Of a DNA stretch of 64,000 nt, positions 35,794-44,863 are shown in pieces; the first letter of the stretch is position 1, and every line of letters begins with the position of its first letter. The DNA is from a virus. The notes under the pieces are model-generated. The model saw nothing but the letters and a program-made list of their open reading frames with translations, was not told the origin of the DNA and made no database searches. The stretch covers positions 96,001-160,000 of the IMG/VR virus record IMGVR_UViG_3300031519_006853; one strand, written 5' to 3'. A program made the position numbers and the translations under genes.

Positions 35794-36123
35794 ATGATTA
35801 AGATAGTTTTAGAACCTGCCAGGAATGGTGTAATTAAAAAAGTCATTGATGATAATCACGGTGGTGGTAAAGAACACTTTACTTCAACAGATGTTTATGA
35901 ATCAAATGAAAATGATAAGAATCAATTTAGCTATATAAAAAGATTCTTTTTTGATTTATGCGATGATCTTGGTTTAGAGTTAGGTAGTAAATTTGATAAA
36001 AAAGTATTAGATATTAATACACAATGGGGAACTCACTATGAACCTACTGTTAAAGATATTGAATTTAAAATAAAAAGACTTAAGAGTGAGCTTAAGGAAT
36101 TAGAAGAATGGAAGAACATATAG
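35794..36123 (+). CDS. Hypothetical protein
   Basis: ORF track. Confidence 0.7.
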   Translation: MIKIVLEPARNGVIKKVIDDNHGGGKEHFTSTDVYESNENDKNQFSYIKRFFFDLCDDLGLELGSKFDKKVLDINTQWGTHYEPTVKDIEFKIKRLKSELKELEEWKNI

Positions 36124-36497
36124 AATTTAATTTCATATACTCTAGTGATGCATTACGCGTTAAAACATTCTTAGGAAAAGTTCCTAGGAGTATTGAGTGT
36201 ATAAATTATATGGATATATTTAACAAACTTACAAAAAACGACTTTTATCAATATGAACCATCTGATGCAGTAGTATCATCTTATTTAATGAGACAATTAC
36301 AAAATGCAATAGGTCGTAATATTTCTACAACAATATTTTATGTTTTAGGAAATCTTAATAAAGAAACAGTTGGAGGAATACAGTCATATGTAGAATCACT
36401 TTCTGATAAACCTATTACTTATACAATTTATCATTCACCTGATATTACTGTCAACGGAACTGCAGAGCTATTCGATGACATAATAGAGTTTGAATGA
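36108..36497 (+). CDS. Hypothetical protein
   Basis: ORF track. Confidence 0.7.
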   Translation: MEEHIEFNFIYSSDALRVKTFLGKVPRSIECINYMDIFNKLTKNDFYQYEPSDAVVSSYLMRQLQNAIGRNISTTIFYVLGNLNKETVGGIQSYVESLSDKPITYTIYHSPDITVNGTAELFDDIIEFE

Positions 36498-37057
36498 AAA
36501 CACACAGAATATTTAATAAAGGACAGAACGTATACTGCTTGTTAGCATCTCATACTAATCCTAACATTCTTTTACCTGTTAAAGGTATTATACTTGATTC
36601 TAAATGGGATCCTGTAAATCCGCTATATCAAATTCGTATTATTAAGTTTTATGATAATATGAAATTTTTAAAACAACATTTCTTTGATATGAATTTTAGG
36701 CACTTGTTTGAAAACAGAGCCAGGAAGATGATTCTAAAGGCTGAAGATTTTAAAACTGCTAAGGTATTAGAGAATAGATTAAATGAAAAAGATAGAGAAA
36801 GATTTTATGTTGTCATAGAATCAGTAATGTGTACTAAAACAAAGGTTGGTCTTTCAGAATTATTTGAAAAGGTTCAACTATATATGATTTCTAAAAACTT
36901 AAAAGAAATTAGGGATATATCAACCCGGCCTTTTTTTAAAGGGCCACTATCATTAGATAGTCCTAAAGAATTTGATGCAAGGTATAAAAATAGCTGGTCA
37001 GATAAATTTGAAAAAAGTAACCTAGACATAGATAAGTATCTTAATAGCCTAGGTTAA
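36494..37057 (+). CDS. Hypothetical protein
   Basis: ORF track. Confidence 0.7.
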   Translation: MKTHRIFNKGQNVYCLLASHTNPNILLPVKGIILDSKWDPVNPLYQIRIIKFYDNMKFLKQHFFDMNFRHLFENRARKMILKAEDFKTAKVLENRLNEKDRERFYVVIESVMCTKTKVGLSELFEKVQLYMISKNLKEIRDISTRPFFKGPLSLDSPKEFDARYKNSWSDKFEKSNLDIDKYLNSLG

Positions 37058-37065
37058 ATATATAA
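37057..37065 (+). promoter_or_regulatory. Late-type promoter motif AATATATAA
   Basis: Upstream of the baseplate cluster. Confidence 0.55.
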
Positions 37066-37083
37066 TAAAAATAACCTATCTTT

Positions 37084-38883
37084 ATGGCTTTTGATTTTTC
37101 TAATTCAGTTGAGAATATTAATGATGCAATGTACCCTAATCCGTTTAAAGCTAATCCTAATTTAGTAGGACCTTTTGGCGGTGAAGCTATTGGGTTTGCT
37201 AAAGGTGTTGGTGAATTATATAGTAGAAATTTTTACACTGGAGAAGGTACTGTGCCAGATGCTTCAACGGTCCCTAATGGCATGACTAATTCAAAATTAG
37301 CCAGTTCTTTAGCCAATAGGTATGCTTTATTTAATTTTACTGGATTTAATGGATCATTACCACAAAATACAAAAACTAATTATATTGATAGTCCAAATAA
37401 TCCTTTAATGGGTGGAACAAACGCACAAAATGTTTCATTACCAAAGATCATAAATTATTTTGATGAAAATTATCCAAAGATAAGTTATAAACCATCAGAT
37501 TTTTTATATTCTAAATATTACAAGAAAATTCCTGTTAATCATTTAATTACATTAAGAAGGTTTCCAACACCTATCACAGATAATATTTATAATTATAATA
37601 TTAGGCCTAAAGATAGCGAAGATTCTGTTGATGGTACACAGGTTGCTGGTGTAACTGCAATAACCTACTTAGGAGAAACTGCTGGTAATACTTTAGAAGA
37701 ACTTCTTAAAATGTCATTTGGTTTAAACTTTAAAGAATTAACAGCTGAAATGGAAGCTGTTGATACTGGCGGTGCAGGTGGTGGATATACGCAACAACCT
37801 TTTTATAATAAAATAGGTGGAATTGGTAGAGCTGTTTCTGATGCATCAAAAGGAGTAACACCAGGTGCTAAGTTTAGGGCACAAAATGGTGCAGGGACTT
37901 CAACTGCTGATAGGTTAGGTACTACTTATGCAAACTTTGTACTAGGTCCTATTAATGTAGTAGACAAGACAATGATTAGAGATAGAGGTTTAAAGTTTCA
38001 AAATGATATGAAATTACAATTTGAATATGAGCTTAAATCGTTGAGTTATGTTAATCCTAAAATAGCTATGATTGATATTATTAGTAATATGTTAACTATG
38101 ACTACGAACAATGCTCAATTCTTTGGAGGTGGGCATAGATATTATGGTAGTGCTGGTTATGTAGGAAGTCAATTTGGAGATGTTAACAAATTAAGGAATG
38201 GTGATTTTTCTGGTTATATGGGGAGTGTTGTAAATGATGTAGAGAATGGTATGAAAGGTTTATTTGGCGATGCTAATGGTAACTTTGATGCAAACAGTAT
38301 TGTTGATGGTTTAAAGAATGTTGGTAAAACATTATTAGGAAATATGCTTGGTGGCTTTTTAGGTAGCCAGGTTGGTGGCCAAACTGGTACACAGGCAACA
38401 AAAGCTTTTATTAGCGGTGAACCAACCGGTGATTGGCATGTTACTGTAGGTAATCCACTTAATCCAATTGTAATGATGGGTAATATGATATGTGATAATA
38501 CAACAATGACACTAGGCCAAGGATTAGGATACGATGATTTTCCAATGGAAGTTAAATTTGAATTAGATTTAAAACATGGTAAGCCAAGAGATAAAGGTGA
38601 TATAGAAAATATGTTTAATGCTGGACAAGGTAGAATATATGCATCAGCTGCAAATGTTGAGGATGTTTTAAATTTAGCAGGTAAAGAAACTGAAACTTAT
38701 GGATCTGTCCCTGATGTAGGAACTAGTAGTTTACAACCGTCTGCTAACCAAGCACCTGCCGCATCATTTACAAATGAACAGATTAGTAATATTAATAACA
38801 GGACAGCAGCATCATCCCCACAAGCCCAAGCAACATCAGGGGAGTATGTTAGTAATTTAACACAAATGTTAATTGACTCATAA
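37084..38883 (+). CDS. Putative tail/baseplate structural protein
   Basis: Large Gly/Asn-rich ORF in the baseplate cluster; WHVTVGNP...MGNMIC...PMEVKFELDL resembles tube-fold proteins. Confidence 0.55.
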   Translation: MAFDFSNSVENINDAMYPNPFKANPNLVGPFGGEAIGFAKGVGELYSRNFYTGEGTVPDASTVPNGMTNSKLASSLANRYALFNFTGFNGSLPQNTKTNYIDSPNNPLMGGTNAQNVSLPKIINYFDENYPKISYKPSDFLYSKYYKKIPVNHLITLRRFPTPITDNIYNYNIRPKDSEDSVDGTQVAGVTAITYLGETAGNTLEELLKMSFGLNFKELTAEMEAVDTGGAGGGYTQQPFYNKIGGIGRAVSDASKGVTPGAKFRAQNGAGTSTADRLGTTYANFVLGPINVVDKTMIRDRGLKFQNDMKLQFEYELKSLSYVNPKIAMIDIISNMLTMTTNNAQFFGGGHRYYGSAGYVGSQFGDVNKLRNGDFSGYMGSVVNDVENGMKGLFGDANGNFDANSIVDGLKNVGKTLLGNMLGGFLGSQVGGQTGTQATKAFISGEPTGDWHVTVGNPLNPIVMMGNMICDNTTMTLGQGLGYDDFPMEVKFELDLKHGKPRDKGDIENMFNAGQGRIYASAANVEDVLNLAGKETETYGSVPDVGTSSLQPSANQAPAASFTNEQISNINNRTAASSPQAQATSGEYVSNLTQMLIDS

Positions 38884-38898
38884 AAGAAAAATTTAAAT

Positions 38899-39444
38899 AT
38901 GAACATTAAATCTCTTACACTTAAAAATAAGTTGTCAATCGAAAAAACTGGAGAACAGTATTTTGATTTAACTGCGCCATCATTTAAATATAGAAGAGAG
39001 CTAGGTGTAAAAGCTTTACATTATGTTACGCAGGATCAGGTAGGCCGAATTGATAAAATATCAGAAAAGTATTTTGGAACAGGCCAATACATAGATGCTA
39101 TCTGTGTAATCAATAATATATTTAATCCATTTAGTGTTAATGAAGGTGACATTTTAGCAATACCTCAATTAAAAAATGAAAACCTTGTTTACAAAAGACC
39201 TAATCCAGCATCAAGACCAAGTGCTACATTAGCTCAGTATGTTAACACTGAACAACAAAGTGAAATTGATCAATCAAGAATACAAAGATTAATACAAAAA
39301 GCAAAAACTAAAAAGACTGGAGTTAAAGCTCCAATACCACCTAATATGTTACAGCAAGGACAAGCTGCTAAAGTATTCGAAGGTGGCAAAATTAAATTAG
39401 GAGCAAATTTACCAACTAGAAATAGTACTAACACAGAATCATAA
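38899..39444 (+). CDS. LysM-like baseplate wedge protein (gp53-like)
   Basis: HYVTQD..GRIDKISEKYFG...ICVINNIFNPF...EGDILAIP. Confidence 0.7.
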   Translation: MNIKSLTLKNKLSIEKTGEQYFDLTAPSFKYRRELGVKALHYVTQDQVGRIDKISEKYFGTGQYIDAICVINNIFNPFSVNEGDILAIPQLKNENLVYKRPNPASRPSATLAQYVNTEQQSEIDQSRIQRLIQKAKTKKTGVKAPIPPNMLQQGQAAKVFEGGKIKLGANLPTRNSTNTES

Positions 39445-39447
39445 GGT

Positions 39448-40935
39448 ATGTCAAATAGCACAGTTGAAAGAAATATATTAACAGTTATAGAACCTGCTAT
39501 TCTATTGGATCCAATGGAAATATTAGATGTAGAGAGTGATAGCCAAAATTCTGATGATGGAACTATAAAAGAAAAACCTTCAAAGTTTTCTTCTGTTGTA
39601 CCAGATATTAGAATAAACGGTTATGATGTTCAGATGGATAGATTAAATTTCTTTTCATTACAGAATGATTCTTTTTATCCAGAAATTAGAATTCAGTTTT
39701 CAGATGTAGATGGTTTATTTACAGCAAGGTTTTATCCTAAAGATGGTGATTTAATACAATTAAATATTAGGTCACAAGGTGATGAAACAACATTTAAGCC
39801 AATAAGAATTGATTTTACAATAGATGACTGTAAGCCTGTTGGTGGTGGGGGTGGTGTTGCTGCTAATGAATACTTAATAGAAGGTAAAATGTTTGTTCCT
39901 AACTTATTTACTGAAAAGGTAGAATATGAAGAAGAAGTTACAAGCTGGGATGCTTTATTAAATATTTCAGAAAGATTACAATTAGGGTATGCATCAAATG
40001 TTGAAGAGACAGCAGATGTAATGACTTGGACTAATCCTAATGATACAACAGAATCATTTATTAAAGATATTGTTGCAAATAGCTACCTTAGTGACGAAAC
40101 GTTTTTTACTGCATACATTGATCCTTATTATTATTTAACTATGGTTGATGTTAATAGATTGTTTAGCCAAGAAGGAGCAATAGAAGCTAGCCTTGATTTT
40201 AGTCAAAATGCTGGTGATACTATGGGAGCAAATGGTAATGATGGCCAAACGGAAGAATCATTTCCTAATTACTTAAGTAATTTAGTTCAGATGCAAGGAG
40301 GGGCTAGATATATTTCTAAACACCAAATGGTAAATAATAGTGGAGAAATAACTAAAGCAAACGGCTATAAAAGATATACTCAGTATTGGGACCTAGAGGC
40401 TAAAGAATGGGTTAGTGAATTTGTAGATCCTCTAACTAATGATACACCAGGAATGCTTCCTGCTACTAAAGGTAGATTAGTAGACGGTGAAGTAGAAGGC
40501 CCAAGAAATAACCAAGTTAAATATAAATATTTAGGTACACAAGGAGATAACGTGCATGCGGAATATTCACATGCAACAGTTCAAAATTATCAAAATATAA
40601 CTGAGATTAATAAAATGGGAATGACTATAGAATTAGATACAGTTAATCCTGCTTTAGTAAGATACAGTAGAATTTATTGTCAAATATTAGAATATGGTAG
40701 CCCTATTAAAAATGTATTATTAGCTCCAGGGCAAGATCAAATTGAAGGAGAAGAGGCTCCACAGACTAGATCAGGTGGTGATGATGAAAATGACCCGGCA
40801 TCAGAAAATGGTGTTGTAAATGAATACTTAACAGGGTTTTATGTTATTGCTGGTGTAGAATGGATATTAACAAAACCAGGACCTGTCAGAATGAAATTAA
40901 AATTACAGCGCCGAGAGTTTACTCCAACAACCTAA
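39448..40935 (+). CDS. Putative baseplate hub protein
   Basis: Position between the gp53-like and gp5-like genes; C-terminal LTGFYVIAGVEW...LKLQRRE. Confidence 0.55.
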   Translation: MSNSTVERNILTVIEPAILLDPMEILDVESDSQNSDDGTIKEKPSKFSSVVPDIRINGYDVQMDRLNFFSLQNDSFYPEIRIQFSDVDGLFTARFYPKDGDLIQLNIRSQGDETTFKPIRIDFTIDDCKPVGGGGGVAANEYLIEGKMFVPNLFTEKVEYEEEVTSWDALLNISERLQLGYASNVEETADVMTWTNPNDTTESFIKDIVANSYLSDETFFTAYIDPYYYLTMVDVNRLFSQEGAIEASLDFSQNAGDTMGANGNDGQTEESFPNYLSNLVQMQGGARYISKHQMVNNSGEITKANGYKRYTQYWDLEAKEWVSEFVDPLTNDTPGMLPATKGRLVDGEVEGPRNNQVKYKYLGTQGDNVHAEYSHATVQNYQNITEINKMGMTIELDTVNPALVRYSRIYCQILEYGSPIKNVLLAPGQDQIEGEEAPQTRSGGDDENDPASENGVVNEYLTGFYVIAGVEWILTKPGPVRMKLKLQRREFTPTT

Positions 40936-40957
40936 ATAAATATAAAAACAAAAGAAT

Positions 40958-42397
40958 ATGGCAACTAATGGAAATAATAATCAGGCTAATGAGTTAGGGA
41001 ATCCCTTTACTGCTGCAGGTATTGGTGGGTCTGCTTTAAGTGGTGGTTCATTTCCAACTGCTTATGGTTTTGCTAAGAAATTTGTAGATGCTAAAAGTGT
41101 TTATGGAAGTGGTAATAATGGAGTTACATCAATAGATGATCCTACTTATTTAGGTTTTGAATTAATGTTTGATATATCATCACCATTATTTAATGGTACA
41201 AGCTCAGGAGATCCTGGTATAGATGACGGTGGTAGCAGTAGTGATTACCCATCAACACCTTCAGCTATAGGTTATCTTAATAAGATTGGCCAAGCAAACA
41301 GAGTTCAATATTTAAAATCATTCTGCCAAGGGATGTTAGAAATACAAAGAACAAGACCTTATTATTTTCAAACAATTTCTGGATTAGTAGAAGCATTTCA
41401 AAAATCTACTGATTTTGCAATAGACCCTTTTACTGGAAGTACCGGAGCAGATGGTATTGCTGTTGGTTGTTTAGAAGCTTTAGATTTAAAGATAACTGCT
41501 TTATTTAATATGTATAGAATGGCAGTGTATGACATGAGATACAAAAGATTTGTTGTACCTAAGAATTTGTGCAGGTTTGATATTTATATTAATGTACATG
41601 AAATAAGAAAATTTAGAGCTACAGTAGCGGCAAGCGGTGCAGATGCTAAAACTTATGGTAATGTACCAGAGGCAGGTAATACAAATTCTGCCGGAGCCGA
41701 TACTGCCTCAGTTACTAATGAAAATACTTCTCAGATTAGATTTAAGTTTACTGAGTGTATGTTTGATGTTGCTGCTAGTGGTAAAGTTTTTGATGGTGTT
41801 ACAAACAGTGGTGGTGAAATTGCTACTACTGAATTAAAGTTTGGTTATAGTACATTAGAATTAATATCTCAATATTCTGGATTTGCAAGTGCAATGGAAG
41901 AAGATAAACAGCAGACTTCTAGTTCTCCTGGTATGGATAATAAGCAAAAAAGTTTCCTTAAAAGTAAATTAGATGAAGTTGCAAATAAAGCTGCTGCTGT
42001 AGGTGATACTGCATTAGCTAATCTTAAAGCAGCACCAGGTAGAGTTTTGGATGCAGCACAAGCAAGAATAGGTGGTTTAATTGATAGCGCAGTATTAGGG
42101 AATGTTTTTGGTTTGCAAAATCAAATATTAGGTGCACTAACTAACCCAGGTGTAATTAATGCTGCACTAGGCGCAGCTATACAAGGAGGACTAGGTGGTG
42201 CAGGTGGATCTATATCAACTAATTTAGGTGATGCTGCATTTGACCCAGCAGTAGCTCCAGGTAATTCATTAACAGGAAATCAACAAGTGTTTGATCCATC
42301 GACAAATACACTCGGTGGCTTAGGCGCGTCAAACGTATTTGGTCCATCAGGGCCTTCAAATAATTCTGCGTTAAATTCTGAAAACATATTTGATTAA
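40958..42397 (+). CDS. Putative tail-tube/baseplate junction protein
   Basis: Context; FKFTECMFD motif; Gly/Ala-rich C-terminus. Confidence 0.45.
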   Translation: MATNGNNNQANELGNPFTAAGIGGSALSGGSFPTAYGFAKKFVDAKSVYGSGNNGVTSIDDPTYLGFELMFDISSPLFNGTSSGDPGIDDGGSSSDYPSTPSAIGYLNKIGQANRVQYLKSFCQGMLEIQRTRPYYFQTISGLVEAFQKSTDFAIDPFTGSTGADGIAVGCLEALDLKITALFNMYRMAVYDMRYKRFVVPKNLCRFDIYINVHEIRKFRATVAASGADAKTYGNVPEAGNTNSAGADTASVTNENTSQIRFKFTECMFDVAASGKVFDGVTNSGGEIATTELKFGYSTLELISQYSGFASAMEEDKQQTSSSPGMDNKQKSFLKSKLDEVANKAAAVGDTALANLKAAPGRVLDAAQARIGGLIDSAVLGNVFGLQNQILGALTNPGVINAALGAAIQGGLGGAGGSISTNLGDAAFDPAVAPGNSLTGNQQVFDPSTNTLGGLGASNVFGPSGPSNNSALNSENIFD

Positions 42398-43263
42398 TGG
42401 CAAAGGTAGATCCAACAAATTTTAATGCAGATGATTTAAGAACTACTCAGTGGGTAGGTATTGTCGAAGATACTGTAGATGATATCTTTGAAGGGAGATG
42501 TAAGATTAGAGTATATGGAAAAATGAATGATCGTGTAGATCCTGAAGATCCTGAAAGTGCGTATGTAATTCCTACACTTTCATTGCCATGGGCTAGGCCT
42601 CATCAATTAATGTATGGTGGTAGTGCAACAGGTAGTGGCAAATTTGAAATCCCTAAACTAGGATCTATTGTTAGGGTTACATTTGATAATGGAAATCAAT
42701 ACCAACCAGTTTATCATGAAAACATTTATCCTTCAGATGAAACAAAAGGAGAGATAGAAGCATCATACCAAAATTCACATGTATTAATATATGATACTGC
42801 ATTCGGTTTAACTGGTGAGTTACAGGATGGCGTTTCTGAGGTAACAAATGAAAGAGAAGGTGAACATGTTAAAGTTTTCTTTACTGAGGAAAAAGGTTTA
42901 ATGATGGATTATACAACAACAGAAGGTCCAACTACAGTTAATATAAAACCAGATAATTCAGTTGAAATAATAAATGCAAACGGGGATACTGTTGTAATGC
43001 TTAACGATGGAAATATAACATTTACTCATTCTGCAGATGTTAACATAAATTGTGTTAATGCAACGATTACAGCTAGTGGTGAAACTCATATAAATTCGCC
43101 AAGAATCAAATTAGGAGAAGCTGCTGCTGAGGCTGTTATTAAAGGAGATACTTTTGCAGGAATATTTGATGCACATACTCATGTTGGTAATTTAGGTGCT
43201 CCCACTAGTCCACCTATGTCTGTTACTGCACCTTCACTAAGTGCAAAGAATACAACTGACTAA
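42397..43263 (+). CDS. Baseplate central spike (gp5/gpV-like OB fold)
   Basis: WVGIVED..D...GRCKIRVYG, LPWA, IPKLGSIVRVTF, C-terminal HTH (HxH) motif. Confidence 0.85.
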   Translation: MAKVDPTNFNADDLRTTQWVGIVEDTVDDIFEGRCKIRVYGKMNDRVDPEDPESAYVIPTLSLPWARPHQLMYGGSATGSGKFEIPKLGSIVRVTFDNGNQYQPVYHENIYPSDETKGEIEASYQNSHVLIYDTAFGLTGELQDGVSEVTNEREGEHVKVFFTEEKGLMMDYTTTEGPTTVNIKPDNSVEIINANGDTVVMLNDGNITFTHSADVNINCVNATITASGETHINSPRIKLGEAAAEAVIKGDTFAGIFDAHTHVGNLGAPTSPPMSVTAPSLSAKNTTD

Positions 43264-43270
43264 TATATAA
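43262..43270 (+). promoter_or_regulatory. Late-type promoter motif AATATATAA
   Basis: Recurrent intergenic motif. Confidence 0.5.
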
Positions 43271-43293
43271 ACTATAAATTAATATTTTAAAAG

Positions 43294-43590
43294 ATGCCAT
43301 TAATTCCACCTATTTTAAACACTGCATTAACTAGCGCGTTCTCCGCTGCTATGTATGACTTTATTACTGTATCAGCACAACCTGGTACTAATGATGGTGT
43401 TGATAAATCGGCTTTGGCTATTTCAACTGCATCCGCAACCTTTGCAAGTATTGCTGGGCCAGCTATAGATGCTTACATAAGATCACAACTTATAATTTTA
43501 CCACCAGGACAGGCCGTTGCTACTGCAGGATCACCATCAGCACAAGTTGGAGCAACAACTGCTCCTTCACCACCAGCTATTATTACATAA
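43294..43590 (+). CDS. Small Ala/Pro-rich protein next to the spike gene
   Basis: ORF track; context. Confidence 0.6.
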   Translation: MPLIPPILNTALTSAFSAAMYDFITVSAQPGTNDGVDKSALAISTASATFASIAGPAIDAYIRSQLIILPPGQAVATAGSPSAQVGATTAPSPPAIIT

Positions 43591-43593
43591 TCT

Positions 43594-43650
43594 TAAACAA
43601 TCTACATAAGCCTGTGTATAACAATTAAATATGCTAGGTGTAATATATAA
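43594..43650 (+). promoter_or_regulatory. Tandem promoters upstream of the S1 gene: TAAAC-N18-TATAA and AATATATAA
   Basis: Motifs at 43594-43621 and 43642-43650. Confidence 0.5.
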
Positions 43651-43680
43651 TCTATAATAACCACTCTTAAAAATAAAAAA

Positions 43681-44823
43681 ATGACCGAACAAGAAATCAC
43701 CATTCAATTAAGTGATGATCCATTTGATACAAAGAAAGTAAAAGTCCAAGTACCAGAAGGTACAAAGTTAATGTGTAATGAAGCATATGCTGCTGATGCA
43801 TTATCATTATATGGAATTACAGATTCACAAGCTGCAAAAACTCAACTAATAGAAGATAATATTGGTTATATAACTAGAGGTTATATTTCTTTTATATCTA
43901 AGGATGGCGAAAGGGCTCTTGTTGATATTGAATCCAAATACACTGCTTACTGTAGTCTTACTAAAGAACCTGATTATATTGTAGAACAATTAGAGGTTGG
44001 TATGGAAATTGATGTTAAGATTAAAACTAACAAAAAAACTGGTGATGTTATTGCTTCTATATCAGATGCAATAAGAGAAGTTAAATTAAAAGAAATTAAA
44101 GAAGCTATAGGAAATTCTTCAGTTGGATTTACTGCTAAGGTTAAAGAATTAATACACGGTGGATACTGGGTAGACGTTGCAGGTATTAAATGCTTTATGC
44201 CAGGTTCTTTAGCAGGATTAAATAAGCTTCATAATTTTGAGGCTATCGTTGGTAAAGATATTGTGGTTATGCCAATTACATTCTCTAGAGAAAAAGATAC
44301 AATTGTAGTATCTCATAGAGAATATTTAAGAACAATGATTCCAATTACTATTGATAAATTAAATGAAACTATTAAAGAACCTAGAATTGGTTTTGTAACA
44401 GGTACTACTAAATTTGGCGTGTTTGCTGAGTTTGACGAATGTTTAACTGGACTAATTCCTAGAGCTGAATTAAGCGAAGATTTCCAAAAGAAATTAGATG
44501 ATAGAGATATCAAACCTGGTGATGAAATTGAATTCTGGGCTAAGGAAGTTATATCTGATAGAAAAATTATATTAAGCCAACTAGGTCCTAAAATTGATTT
44601 ATGGGATGGTGTAGATGAAAAATATAAACCTATGATGATCACTGAAGGTAAGGTTACAAAAATAACTTCATACGGTGCATTTGTTGAATTAGAAAAAGGT
44701 ATTAGTGGGTTAATACATAAATCTAAATTAAAAGGTGCAGATCTAACTAAAGGAGATACTATAAATATAAAAATCGGTAGTGTAAATGTTAGTGATCGTA
44801 AGATTACAATGAACATAGCATAA
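43681..44823 (+). CDS. rpsA: Ribosomal protein bS1-like protein with four S1 domains
   Basis: GGYWVDVAGIKCFMPGSL...IVVSHREYL (RpsA D2-like), FGVFAEF..LTGLIP, YGAFVELEKGISGLIHKS. Confidence 0.8.
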   Translation: MTEQEITIQLSDDPFDTKKVKVQVPEGTKLMCNEAYAADALSLYGITDSQAAKTQLIEDNIGYITRGYISFISKDGERALVDIESKYTAYCSLTKEPDYIVEQLEVGMEIDVKIKTNKKTGDVIASISDAIREVKLKEIKEAIGNSSVGFTAKVKELIHGGYWVDVAGIKCFMPGSLAGLNKLHNFEAIVGKDIVVMPITFSREKDTIVVSHREYLRTMIPITIDKLNETIKEPRIGFVTGTTKFGVFAEFDECLTGLIPRAELSEDFQKKLDDRDIKPGDEIEFWAKEVISDRKIILSQLGPKIDLWDGVDEKYKPMMITEGKVTKITSYGAFVELEKGISGLIHKSKLKGADLTKGDTINIKIGSVNVSDRKITMNIA

Positions 44824-44827
44824 CATA

Positions 44828-44859
44828 TTCCTGGTTTGAATATATAAACAAATCAGGAA
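44828..44859 (+). promoter_or_regulatory. Hairpin with the late-type motif in its loop
   Basis: TTCCTGGTTTG-AATATATAAA-CAAATCAGGAA. Confidence 0.55.
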
Positions 44860-44863
44860 CTAC

